Assembly: GCA_963752475.1 (NCBI GenBank)
Contig: CAVVYR010000006.1
Location: 480,001 to 544,000, forward strand
Source of the DNA: an uncultured Chloroflexia bacterium
Lineage (GTDB): Bacteria > Chloroflexota > Limnocylindria > Limnocylindrales > CSP1-4
Direction of reading: 5' to 3'
Length of the DNA: 64,000 bases
Translations under genes and position numbers: made by a program
The notes under the pieces: model-generated
What the model saw: only the letters and a program-made list of their open reading frames with translations
What the model was told of the DNA's origin: nothing
Database searches by the model: none
Shown: one piece after another, positions 45,056 through 54,447 of the stretch
Position numbering within the stretch: the stretch's first letter is position 1
Layout of the letters: every line of letters starts with the position of its first letter

Positions 45056-45235
45056 TTGGCAGAAGTCCGAGTCGGTGAGAACGAGACCTTCGAGGCAGCA
45101 CTGCGACGCTTCAACAAGAAGATCCAGCAGAGCGGCATCCTCGCGGAGGCCCGTCGACGCGAGCATTTCGAGAAGCCCAGCGTGAAGCGTAAGCGCAAGG
45201 AAGCGAAGCGCAAGAAGGCTGCGCGCGGCGAATAG
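45056..45235 (+). CDS. rpsU: 30S ribosomal protein S21 (59 aa; absent from the ORF track)
   Basis: TTG start after GGAGGT; [48 protein letters not shown]... Confidence 0.97.
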   Translation: MAEVRVGENETFEAALRRFNKKIQQSGILAEARRREHFEKPSVKRKRKEAKRKKAARGE

Positions 45236-45303
45236 CCCGCCCCCAGAGATTCCCAACAAGGTCCCCGAGCCCCCTCCACCTGCCCTATGAGAGGAGGTCC
45301 GCC

Positions 45304-45765
45304 GTGAGCCTTACCGAACAGCTCCAGGCTGACATGAAGAACGCCATGCGTGATGGCGACGCGCACCGACGCGACACGTTGCGCATGGCGCTCGCTGCTG
45401 TCCAGAACGCGGCCAAGGACAAGCGCGAAGATCTGACCGACGAGGAGGCCCTGGTTGTCCTCACCAAGCAGGTCAAGACGCGCCGCGAATCGATCTCCGC
45501 CTACACCGATGCCGGTCGCGACGACCTGGCGGCCAAGGAGCAGGCCGAGATCGAGGTGCTCCAGCCCTACCTGCCCGAGCAGATGGGCGAGGCTGAGGTT
45601 CGCGCCCTCGTGGCCGAGGCCATCGCCTCGACCGGCGCCAGTTCGCCCAAGGACATGGGTCGTGTCATGGGTGCACTCATGCCCCAGACCAAGGGTCGTG
45701 CCGACGGCAAGCTGGTGAGCGGAATCGTCAGGGAAGAACTAGCCAAGGCGGCTCCGGCCTCCTAG
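45304..45765 (+). CDS. yqeY: GatB/YqeY domain protein
   Basis: KQVKTRRESI..Y, YLP.Q, KDMGRVMG, GRADGK. Confidence 0.93.
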   Translation: MSLTEQLQADMKNAMRDGDAHRRDTLRMALAAVQNAAKDKREDLTDEEALVVLTKQVKTRRESISAYTDAGRDDLAAKEQAEIEVLQPYLPEQMGEAEVRALVAEAIASTGASSPKDMGRVMGALMPQTKGRADGKLVSGIVREELAKAAPAS

Positions 45766-45774
45766 GCTTCGCTC

Positions 45775-47271
45775 ATGCTGGCACGACGGGGGAGCCAGAT
45801 CCTCGCATTCACCAGGCGCGACGCTGTGCGCCTGGGGTTCCTCTCTACGCTCCTCGTGGCCGGACTCACGCTGGTCCTGGCCTTCAACGACCTGCGCTCC
45901 ATGTCGGGAGCCGACGACTATCTGGTGGTCTTCGGCTGGCTGTTGCTGTCCATCGTGGTGGTGACCACCCTCATGGCCTGGATGTGGCGTTTCCGCTCGC
46001 GCCTGTGGCACCGCAACAACGCCATGTTGCTGCTGGCGCTGGCCTTGCTCACGGCCACCACCCTGCTGGTCATCACCGGCGACGGCACGATCACGCCCTA
46101 TCTCGTGCCCACGTTCGCGGTCGGGCTCCTGCTCTCGGTGCTGCTCGACTCGGGCGTGGCCAGCATGGCTACGGCCATGGTCGCCGTGATGGCCGGCGTC
46201 ATCACCGGCTCCATGGACCTCGCCGCCTACACCTTCCTCGGTGGTCTCGTGGGCACCATCGTCATCGGCCGCGGCGAGCGTCTCTCGCAGTTCGTGCAAG
46301 CCGGCGCCGCCATCACGGCCGCCAACATCGCCGTCGTCACCGCCTTCACCATCATCATGGGTGGTCGGGACCTCGAGCTCTACCTCCAATTGCTCGCGGC
46401 CTCGGCCATCTCGGCCTTCGGTGCCGCCATCCTCTCGGCTGGTACGTTCGCCGTTCTCGGCAGTGTCTTCGGCATCACCACGTCCTATCAGTTGCTCGAG
46501 TTGGCCAACCCCACGCAGCCGCTCCTGCGGCGTCTGCTGCTGGAGGCTCCGGGCACGTACCACCACTCGCTGATGGTGGGCAACCTCGCGGAGCAGGCCG
46601 CGGAAGCTATCGGCGCCGATGCCCTCGTCACCCGTGTCGCGGCCTACTACCACGACATCGGCAAGCTCTACGATCCGGTCGTCTTCATCGAGAATCAGGC
46701 CGGCGGCGAGAACGTGCACGACGAGCTGCCGCCCGAGGAGTCGGCCGCGATGATCGTGGGCCACGTGGCACGCGGCATCGACATCGCCTACCAGTACAAG
46801 CTGCCCAAGGCGCTCATCGGCTACATCCCGCAGCACCACGGCACCGCGCTCATGGGCTACTTCTACGCCAAGGCCCGCCAGATCGCGGCCGAGGAGGCGG
46901 GGGCACCGCTGACGTCGGCAGCCGGCAAGGAGGCCGCCGACAAGGTCGATCCGCGCCGCTTCCGCCACGCCGGACCCAAACCTCAGACGCGCGAGGCCGC
47001 CATCCTCATGCTGGCCGACAGCGTGGAGGCCTCGGTCCGCTCACTGGCCAGCCATGACGAACCCGCCATTCGAGCGATGGTCAGCCAGATCATCAGCGAT
47101 CGCCTCATCGACGGCCAGTTCGACGAGTGCGACCTGACGCTGCGTGACCTCGATCGCATCCGTGAGTCGTTCATCGAGCAGCTGCTGGCCATGTACCACC
47201 GTCGCATCGCCTACCCCACGAACAAGATCGTCGAGCTCGAGTCACGACGAACGGAGCGCAAGGGCGCTTGA
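45775..47271 (+). CDS. 7TM-HDIG phosphohydrolase (PgpH-like)
   Basis: APGTYHHS, YHDIGK, FIENQ, QHHGT, MLADSVEA; upstream of ybeY. Confidence 0.88.
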   Translation: MLARRGSQILAFTRRDAVRLGFLSTLLVAGLTLVLAFNDLRSMSGADDYLVVFGWLLLSIVVVTTLMAWMWRFRSRLWHRNNAMLLLALALLTATTLLVITGDGTITPYLVPTFAVGLLLSVLLDSGVASMATAMVAVMAGVITGSMDLAAYTFLGGLVGTIVIGRGERLSQFVQAGAAITAANIAVVTAFTIIMGGRDLELYLQLLAASAISAFGAAILSAGTFAVLGSVFGITTSYQLLELANPTQPLLRRLLLEAPGTYHHSLMVGNLAEQAAEAIGADALVTRVAAYYHDIGKLYDPVVFIENQAGGENVHDELPPEESAAMIVGHVARGIDIAYQYKLPKALIGYIPQHHGTALMGYFYAKARQIAAEEAGAPLTSAAGKEAADKVDPRRFRHAGPKPQTREAAILMLADSVEASVRSLASHDEPAIRAMVSQIISDRLIDGQFDECDLTLRDLDRIRESFIEQLLAMYHRRIAYPTNKIVELESRRTERKGA

Positions 47272-47822
47272 GCGGAGCCGAGGGTCGCGCGGCGGTGTCC
47301 GTGGAGGTCGTGGTCCGCGAAGGCGTGCCCGAGCTGCTATCCATCGAGGAGTGCCAGCAGGTGCTGGCCGCCGCGGTGGCGGCCGCCGGTGCGCCCGAGG
47401 GTAGCTTGATCACGCTCACGCTCGCCGATGATGGCCAGCTGGCCGCCCTCAATGCCGAGCATATGGGCAATGAAGGACCAACCGACGTGCTCAGCTTCCC
47501 GCTGTTGCCGCCGTCCGCCTTTCCTGAGCACGCCGGGCAGGACCCGGCCGTGCGTGGGGCCGTCGATGCCTTCCCGATCCTGCCGGGCGAGCCCGTGAAC
47601 CTGGGTGACATCGTCGTCTCCGTGGAGCGCGCCATCGACCAGGCCGAGGGCGGCGCCGGAGGCCAGACCAGCGACCTGCGCTGGGACCCGTCCGACGAAC
47701 TGCGCCTGCTCATCACGCATGGCGGGCTGCACATCTGTGGTTGGGATCATGGAGAGCCAGAGGAGGAAGCAGCCATGCGTGCCCTAGAGCGGCAGTTGCT
47801 GCGGATCGAGCGGGACGGCTGA
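47268..47822 (+). CDS. ybeY: rRNA maturation RNase YbeY
   Basis: PTDVLSFP, LGDIVVS, HGGLHICGWDH. Confidence 0.93.
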   Translation: MSGAEGRAAVSVEVVVREGVPELLSIEECQQVLAAAVAAAGAPEGSLITLTLADDGQLAALNAEHMGNEGPTDVLSFPLLPPSAFPEHAGQDPAVRGAVDAFPILPGEPVNLGDIVVSVERAIDQAEGGAGGQTSDLRWDPSDELRLLITHGGLHICGWDHGEPEEEAAMRALERQLLRIERDG

Positions 47823-47853
47823 CTACCAGTCCCGCTCGGGTGCCGTGGCTCGG

Positions 47854-47976
47854 CTAGTCGTCGTCGTGCCAACGGTGCTGACGCCACCAGCCGACCCAGA
47901 GGCCGGAAGCGACCACACCGCCGATGAGCAGGACGAACATGGCGACTGCGGCCAACAGGTACGTGAACCAGTCCAT
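47854..47976 (-). CDS. Unannotated 40-aa single-TM protein
   Basis: GGAGGT 5 nt before the ATG; MDWFTYLLAAVAMFVLLIGGVVASGLWVGWWRQHRWHDDD*. Confidence 0.7.
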   Translation of the reverse strand: MDWFTYLLAAVAMFVLLIGGVVASGLWVGWWRQHRWHDDD

Positions 47977-48459
47977 GACGCACCTCCACGGACAAGCGTC
48001 TCACCACGATGCCGCGAGGACAAGGGCGGAAGTGCCCGACCGCCTGGGCGGCCAGATGGCACCCGGGGCTCAGGCACGCGAGTGCAAGTCCCGTCGACCC
48101 TGGCCCTCATCCCGTGGAGACCGGGCGGACGCTCGAGCCGGCCGCGGGGGGCTTCTCGAGCGTCGGGCCTTCCCTGAGGGGCTCAGATCGTGCTGCGAAG
48201 CGTCGAAGAGTGTCCGTGGGATGGACCGACGCTGGTCAGGGTCGGATCGGACCGACTCGAGCGTCCGGGCAGTCTGGGGAGGATGACCGGCGCCCGAGCC
48301 TGAGCCCATCTTCCACCGATCCCGGGGAGTCGTCAGGCCTCGAGTCGTGAGCCGACGGCCATGAGCGCGGTCGCCAACAGCGCCAGCGCCAGATAGGGGC
48401 CGGAGGGACCCGCTCGTGCCGAGCAGGGCCAGGCTCGAGCCGTGCCCTAGCATGGCCAC

Positions 48460-49635
48460 ATGCTTCGACCGACCGCTCTCGCCACCCTCTTCACCCTCGG
48501 CCTCACCGGGGCCGTCAGCGCCAGTGATGACTGTGTCGTTCCAGACGCGGGTGAGCCCGCGTCGAGGCTCGCCCGGACCGATCACAGCGTCACCGGCAAC
48601 CGCATCGTCGGCGGCTGCGGCCCGCTCCGTGGCGACACGCTCGACGTCGCGCTCGGTGGCACGCCTGCCTGGGTGCTGCCCGATCCCAGCGACCGGGGCG
48701 GTTCCTGGTTCGTCGTCCTCGATGACGGCACCGTCGACCACGTCATCGACGACGGCAGCGGTGCGGCCTACGTCAGCGAGAGCCAGTCACCGCCGCTGGC
48801 GCCCGGCCATCCCCCACTGGCCTTCGCCGCGGGTGAGGACGAGGTCGTCGTCGGCTCCGCGCTCGGTGCTACGGCCTGGTTTGCCGACCCCTTGCCCGAT
48901 GCGCGCGTGACCGAGATCCCCGGTGCGGCGCTGGTCGCTCCCGTCGGTCCGACCGATCGCTATGCCCACGGCGTGCTCGGCGACGAGCTGGAGGGTTCCG
49001 CCGTCGAGGTGCGCGATCAGGCCGGACCGCTGGCGCGAGTCGCGGTCGGCACCGACGAGGTCCTGGAGGGGACGTCGGCGATGGTCGTGGAGCTGGTACC
49101 GAACGACCTCGGCCACGAACTGCTCGTCACCGTCAGCGATGCCGACGACGGCGCCCGGCTGCGCGCCTACGCGCTCGATGGCTCGGTCGTGGCAGAGTCT
49201 GAGCCCATCGGCCAGAGCAACCGCTGGCTGCATCAGATCGGCGCCGGCGCGCTCGCCCCTGACGGCGAGCTCGAGATCATCGCCGTGCGCACGCCGCACA
49301 TCGGCGGCATCGTGGAGGCCTATCGTGTCGTCGAGGATCACCTCGAGCTCGTGGCCTCGACCGGGGGATACAGCTCCCACCAGCTGGGTTCGGACAACCT
49401 CGACATGGCCCTGCTCGCCGATGCCGACGGCGATGGGCGCCTCGACGTGGTCGTGCCCACGCAGGCGATGGACGAGATCGCCCTTCTCGCCCGCACGGAC
49501 GACGGCTTCGAGGAGCTCGACCGGCTGACGCTCGACGGCCGGCTGCTGACCAACGTGGCTGCCACGCCCGCCGCGGACGGTGGCTTGGTCCTCGCCGTCG
49601 GCACCGACGATGGGAAGCTGCGCATCTTCCGCTAG
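48460..49635 (+). CDS. Secreted hypothetical protein with FG-GAP-like motif
   Basis: Signal peptide; DRYAHGVLGD, RTPHIGG, DADGDGRLDVVV. Confidence 0.7.
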   Translation: MLRPTALATLFTLGLTGAVSASDDCVVPDAGEPASRLARTDHSVTGNRIVGGCGPLRGDTLDVALGGTPAWVLPDPSDRGGSWFVVLDDGTVDHVIDDGSGAAYVSESQSPPLAPGHPPLAFAAGEDEVVVGSALGATAWFADPLPDARVTEIPGAALVAPVGPTDRYAHGVLGDELEGSAVEVRDQAGPLARVAVGTDEVLEGTSAMVVELVPNDLGHELLVTVSDADDGARLRAYALDGSVVAESEPIGQSNRWLHQIGAGALAPDGELEIIAVRTPHIGGIVEAYRVVEDHLELVASTGGYSSHQLGSDNLDMALLADADGDGRLDVVVPTQAMDEIALLARTDDGFEELDRLTLDGRLLTNVAATPAADGGLVLAVGTDDGKLRIFR

Positions 49636-49704
49636 CGCCTTCGTCGGTCGCCGACGTGTCGGCCGACAGCTCCGTGGACCTGTCGGCCCATGATGGCTGC
49701 ATCC

Positions 49705-49857
49705 GCCATCCCCTGATGGCTGAACTCGACGTCGGTTGACGCCGAACTGCTCCATCTCAGCCTCCAGCAGGCTCGGAGCGCCAACCTCGGTCCCCACCGG
49801 GCTGAGACCGCGCACTCCTGGCCCCGGGCTGGTCGAGTCCAGCCAGCAGGGGATGGC
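49705..49857. mobile_element. MITE/REP-like palindromic element, copy 2
   Basis: 26-bp terminal inverted repeats (24/26) at 49705-49730 and 49832-49857; inner TCTCAGCC/GGCTGAGA. Confidence 0.65.
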
Positions 49858-49905
49858 CGAGGCACGGCACCGAGTCGCCGAGGCACGGCACCGAGTCGCC
49901 GAGGC
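49856..49905. repeat. 21-bp tandem repeat, about 2.4 copies
   Basis: GCCGAGGCACGGCACCGAGTC x2 + GCCGAGGC. Confidence 0.85.
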
Positions 49906-50030
49906 CGACGAGCTCACTGAGCGGTCCGGCATCTTCCGCTAGCCTCGAGCGAGTACCATCACTCACCTGCGCCGCGCGCCTGGGATCGGGTCGCGGCCGC
50001 TGCGCATGCCCACGACATGAAAGGACGCGC

Positions 50031-50789
50031 TTGAAGAAGGTCGTCGTCGGCCTGGGGAACCCCGGGTCCAAGTACGAGAACTCCCGACACAACATCGGCT
50101 GGATGGTGCTCGATCGACTGGCCGACCGCCACGGCGCATCCGGCAAGGGCAAGACCAAGGATGCCGCCGCCACCGCCCGTGGTCGCATCGGCGATGACGA
50201 GCTCATCCTGGTCAAGCCCCTGACCTATATGAACCGCTCGGGCGAGGCCATGCGCAAGGTCATGGCTCGCGAGCGCGCGCCGATGCCGGACGTGCTGGTG
50301 GTCGTCGATGACATGGACCTGCCCTTCGGCAAGCTGCGCATGAAGGCCAAGGGCAGCGCCGGCGGCCACAACGGCCTGCGCTCGATCATCGGCGAGATGG
50401 GCACGGAGGACTTCGCCCGCCTGCGTGTCGGCATCGGCAAGCCCACGAGCGGCGCCATCGGTCACGTGCTGGGCGACTTCGCGCACGCCGAGCAGCAGCA
50501 CCTGGACATGATCCTCGACGCCGCGGCCGACGCGGTCGAGCTGTGGACCGAGAAGGGTCCCGACGTGGTGGCCAACAGGTGGAACGGCTGGAAGCCGCCC
50601 ATCGAGGAGCCACCGAAGCCCAAGGCCGAGACGCAAGAGCCGCAGCAGCAGCCCAGAAGAGCGACCATCCAGCCCGAGGCTGCGCCGGAGGAGCCGAAGC
50701 CTGATGCCGACGGCGTGGTGCGGACGAAGACCGGCTGGCGCAAGCTCCTGCCCGGTATCCTCGGCGGGCGCGGCCAGGACGAGGCGTGA
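50031..50789 (+). CDS. pth: Peptidyl-tRNA hydrolase with C-terminal extension
   Basis: GLGNPG, RHNIG, KPLTYMN.SG, GGHNGLRS. Confidence 0.95.
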   Translation: MKKVVVGLGNPGSKYENSRHNIGWMVLDRLADRHGASGKGKTKDAAATARGRIGDDELILVKPLTYMNRSGEAMRKVMARERAPMPDVLVVVDDMDLPFGKLRMKAKGSAGGHNGLRSIIGEMGTEDFARLRVGIGKPTSGAIGHVLGDFAHAEQQHLDMILDAAADAVELWTEKGPDVVANRWNGWKPPIEEPPKPKAETQEPQQQPRRATIQPEAAPEEPKPDADGVVRTKTGWRKLLPGILGGRGQDEA

Positions 50790-53700
50790 CCGACGCTATC
50801 CGAAGCACGCGACTTCGCCGCCGTCGCGACGAGACACGGCCCGCGACCGCCGCGCGGCACCGCATCCCGAACCTTTCGCCGCTGACGGCGCTGCTGGCAG
50901 AGAGCGGGCACCTCGATGCCCTTGTCGACGGCTTTCGAAAGGCAGCCAGCGGCCGGGTCGGGCGGGACCTGCGCCACGTCACCTACGCGGCGCTGCCGCA
51001 TGGTGCCAAGACCTACCTTGCGGCCGCCGTGGCCGTGGCCTCGGGGGAGCGGCTGGTGTGGATCGCCCGCGATGCCGAGATCGCCGATCGGGTCGCGGAA
51101 GAGCTTGGCGCCTGGCTCGGCGGCGCCGAGCGGGTGGTGACGCTGCAGGCGCGGACGGCGCTGGCCTATGAGCGCTCCGAACTGGTGCGTGACGAATCGG
51201 CTGCACGGGTCGCGGCACTCGCGGAATGGCGTCGCGAGGGATCGGCGGCGCGCATCCTCGTAGCCAGCCTGCAGGCGCTCTTCCAGCGCACGCTCGCGCC
51301 CGACGACATCCCGTCCGAGCCGTTGCGATTGTCGGTGCGCACGCGACTGGCGATGGACCGCGTGGTCGGCGCGCTCGTCGACCTCGGCTACGAGCACGTG
51401 CCCGAAGTCGGTGGCCGTGGCGAGTTCGCGCGGCGTGGCGGCATCGTCGATGTCTTTCCCGCGGGGCAACCGATGCCCGTACGCATCGAGTGGTTCGGTG
51501 ACGAGATCGACTCGCTACGCGCCTTCGATCCCGCCGATCAGCGCGGGGTCGGATCGGTCGAGGAGGCTGTGCTGCTTCCCGCCTCGGAGTTCCTGCTCGG
51601 TGCGAGTGTCAGGGACGAGCTCGTTGAACGCATGAACCGCACCGTCGAGCGCCTGCCCGAGGGCTTGCAGTCGGACCTTGGGCGCTTCGACTCGGGAGCG
51701 CTGGGCGACGCAGCCGAGCTGTGGGGTGGCTACCTCGCCCCACACACCGCCCTCGACCACCTTGGTCCAGCGATCTGGCTTGTCGATGAGCCAGACGAGG
51801 TCTCGACCGTGGCCGAGTTCCTCCAGACCCAAGCCGAGGAACGGCGCGACGAGCTGGAGCGGGCAGGGGAGCTGCCCGCGCGCTGGGCCACCGCCTACCC
51901 CACGGCCCGCGAGTGGAAGACGGCGTTGCACGAAGCGCGAACGCTGGAGCTGACCTGGGAGTCGGAGATCGAGGGTGCGCCGCCGGGCGGCAACCCCTTC
52001 GGCTGGCATGAGCCGGTGATGCCGCCCGCGCCGATCGGCGACCTCGCCGCCACCGTCCGTCGCTGGCGGAGCCAAGGCGCACGGGTGGTGCTGGCCTCGG
52101 ACCAGTCGGCACGGCTCTCGGAGATCCTCGAGGACGACGACCAGGGCGCCGCACCCCTCGCCGACCTGCACGAGGTGGTCCCGGCTGGCGGGTTCGCGAT
52201 CATCGAACGCAGTCTCAACGGCGGCTTCGCCGGTGGTCCTGACGACCTCGCGTTCATCACCGACCGTGAGCTCTTCGGCTCGGTCCGCGTCCGTCGACCA
52301 CGCGCCATGCGGCGTGTCGTGCCACGCGACCTGCTCGAGCGTCTGGAGCCCGGAGACGTCGTCGTCCACGTCGATCACGGTGTCGCCCGCTACGACGGCC
52401 TCGTCCGACGGGCTGCCGCGGGCAGCGTGGAGGAGCGCGACTACCTTGAGCTGCGCTTCGCCGAGAAGGGCCGCATCTGGGTGCCGGTGGAGCAGATCGA
52501 GCGCGTCTCGCGATACGCGGGTGGCGACCACCCGCAGCTCTCGAAGCTCGGCGGCGGCGAGTGGCAGCGTGCCCGCACGCGGGTCAAGAAGGCCGTCGGC
52601 GATCTCGCCCGTGACCTGCTGCGGCTGTACGCCGATCGGGCCAAGGCCCACGGCCGCTCGTTCGGCGAGGACACCCCCTGGCAGTCGGAGATGGAGGCAG
52701 CCTTCCCCTACGAGGAGACGCCCGACCAGCTACGCGCTGCCATCGACGTCAAGGCCGATCTCGAGAAGGCCTCGCCCATGGACCGGCTCGTCGTGGGCGA
52801 CGTCGGCTACGGCAAGACGGAGGTCGCCCTTCGGGCCGCCTTCAAGGCCATCCAGGCTGGCACCCAGGTGGCGGTGTTGGTGCCCACGACCGTGCTCGCG
52901 GCCCAGCATCTGGTCACCTTCCAGCAGCGTTTCGCGGCCTATCCGGTCACCGTCCGTTCGCTCAGCCGGTTCGTGCCCAGAGCGCGAACAGCAGGACACG
53001 CTCAAGGGACTCGAGGCCGGCACCGTCGACATCGTCATCGGCACGCATCGATTGCTGAGCAAGGACATCGGCTTCCGTGACCTGGGGCTGGTGGTGGTCG
53101 ACGAGGAACAGCGCTTCGGCGTGACCCACAAGGAGCGCCTCAAGCAGCTCAAGACCGAGGTCCACGTGCTCACCTTGAGCGCTACGCCCATCCCGCGCAC
53201 CCTGAACCTTGCGCTCGTGGGTGTGCGCGACATGTCCGTCATCGAAACGCCGCCGGAGGACCGCCTGCCCATCCAGACGCGCGTGGCCGAGGCCTCTGCT
53301 GGCTTGGTGCGCGACGCCATCCTGCGCGAGCTCGACCGCGGCGGGCAGGTCTTCTACGTCCACAACCGCGTCGAGACCATCGATGCCCAGGCCGAGCAGC
53401 TGCGGCGGCTGCTGCCCAGCGCCCGCATCGCAGTCGGCCACGGCCAGATGGCGGAGGGGCAGCTCGAGAAGATCATGCTCGCCTTCGCGTCCGGCGAGTA
53501 CGACGTCCTCGTGTCGACCACCATCATCGAGTCGGGTCTCGACATCCCCAACGCCAACACCATCATCATCGACCGTGCTGACGCCCTTGGCCTGGCCCAG
53601 CTCTACCAGCTTCGGGGTCGCGTCGGCCGCTCCTCGCGCCGGGCCTACGCCTACCTGCTCTACCGGCGCAAGGCGGCCCTGAGCGACATCGCCCGCAAGC

Positions 53701-54389
53701 GTCTGGCGGCTATCTTCAATGCCTCGGAGCTCGGAGCCGGGTTCCAGATCGCGTTGAGCGACCTGGAGATCCGCGGTGCGGGCAACATCCTGGGCGCCGA
53801 GCAGCACGGGTACATGGCGGCCGTCGGCTTCGACCTCTACACGCGCATGCTGGCCGAGGCGGTGGAGGAGGAGAAGGCCAGCGTCGAGGGTCGTGAGCCA
53901 CGTCATGCTCGAACCCAGGCCAAGATCGATCTGCCCATCGAGGCCTACCTGTCTGACGACTACGTACCCGAAGAGCCGCAGAAGCTGGAGCTCTATCGGC
54001 GGCTGGGCCGTGTCGTCAGCGATGACGGGCTCCACGAGATCCGCACGGAGCTGCTCGATCGCTACGGGACCATGCCGGCGCCAGTGGAGCGCCTGTTGGA
54101 GGTCTCGCAGCTGCGCTATCGGGCGGAGGAGGCCGGCCTGTCGTCGGTGGCGCTCGAGAGCGGCCAGGTCGTCCTGCGTTTCGGGCCCGACTGGTCTCGT
54201 GCGGCCACGATGCGGGCTTTGGCACCGCAGTCGGTCGATGACCCCTTGCGGACGTTGCAGGGACGCATCAAGTACGGCAGCAACCAGGTGCGGGTGCGTC
54301 CGCCCGCGGAACAGGAGCGCTCGTGGTCGCTGACGCGGGCCATGGTCGACCGACTGGCGCAGCTCTCGGGCCGAGAGCCACTCGGCTAG
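50786..54389 (+). CDS. mfd: Transcription-repair coupling factor, frameshift at ~52979
   Basis: RRGGIVDVF and GDVGYGKTEVA in one frame; DEEQRFG, QLRGRVGRS and the TRCF domain in the next. Confidence 0.95.
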
Positions 54390-54447
54390 CGCGAACGGGG
54401 AGCAGGGGTGGGATCGGCTGCGCCCAGGACCTCCCTGGGAGCCGAAC

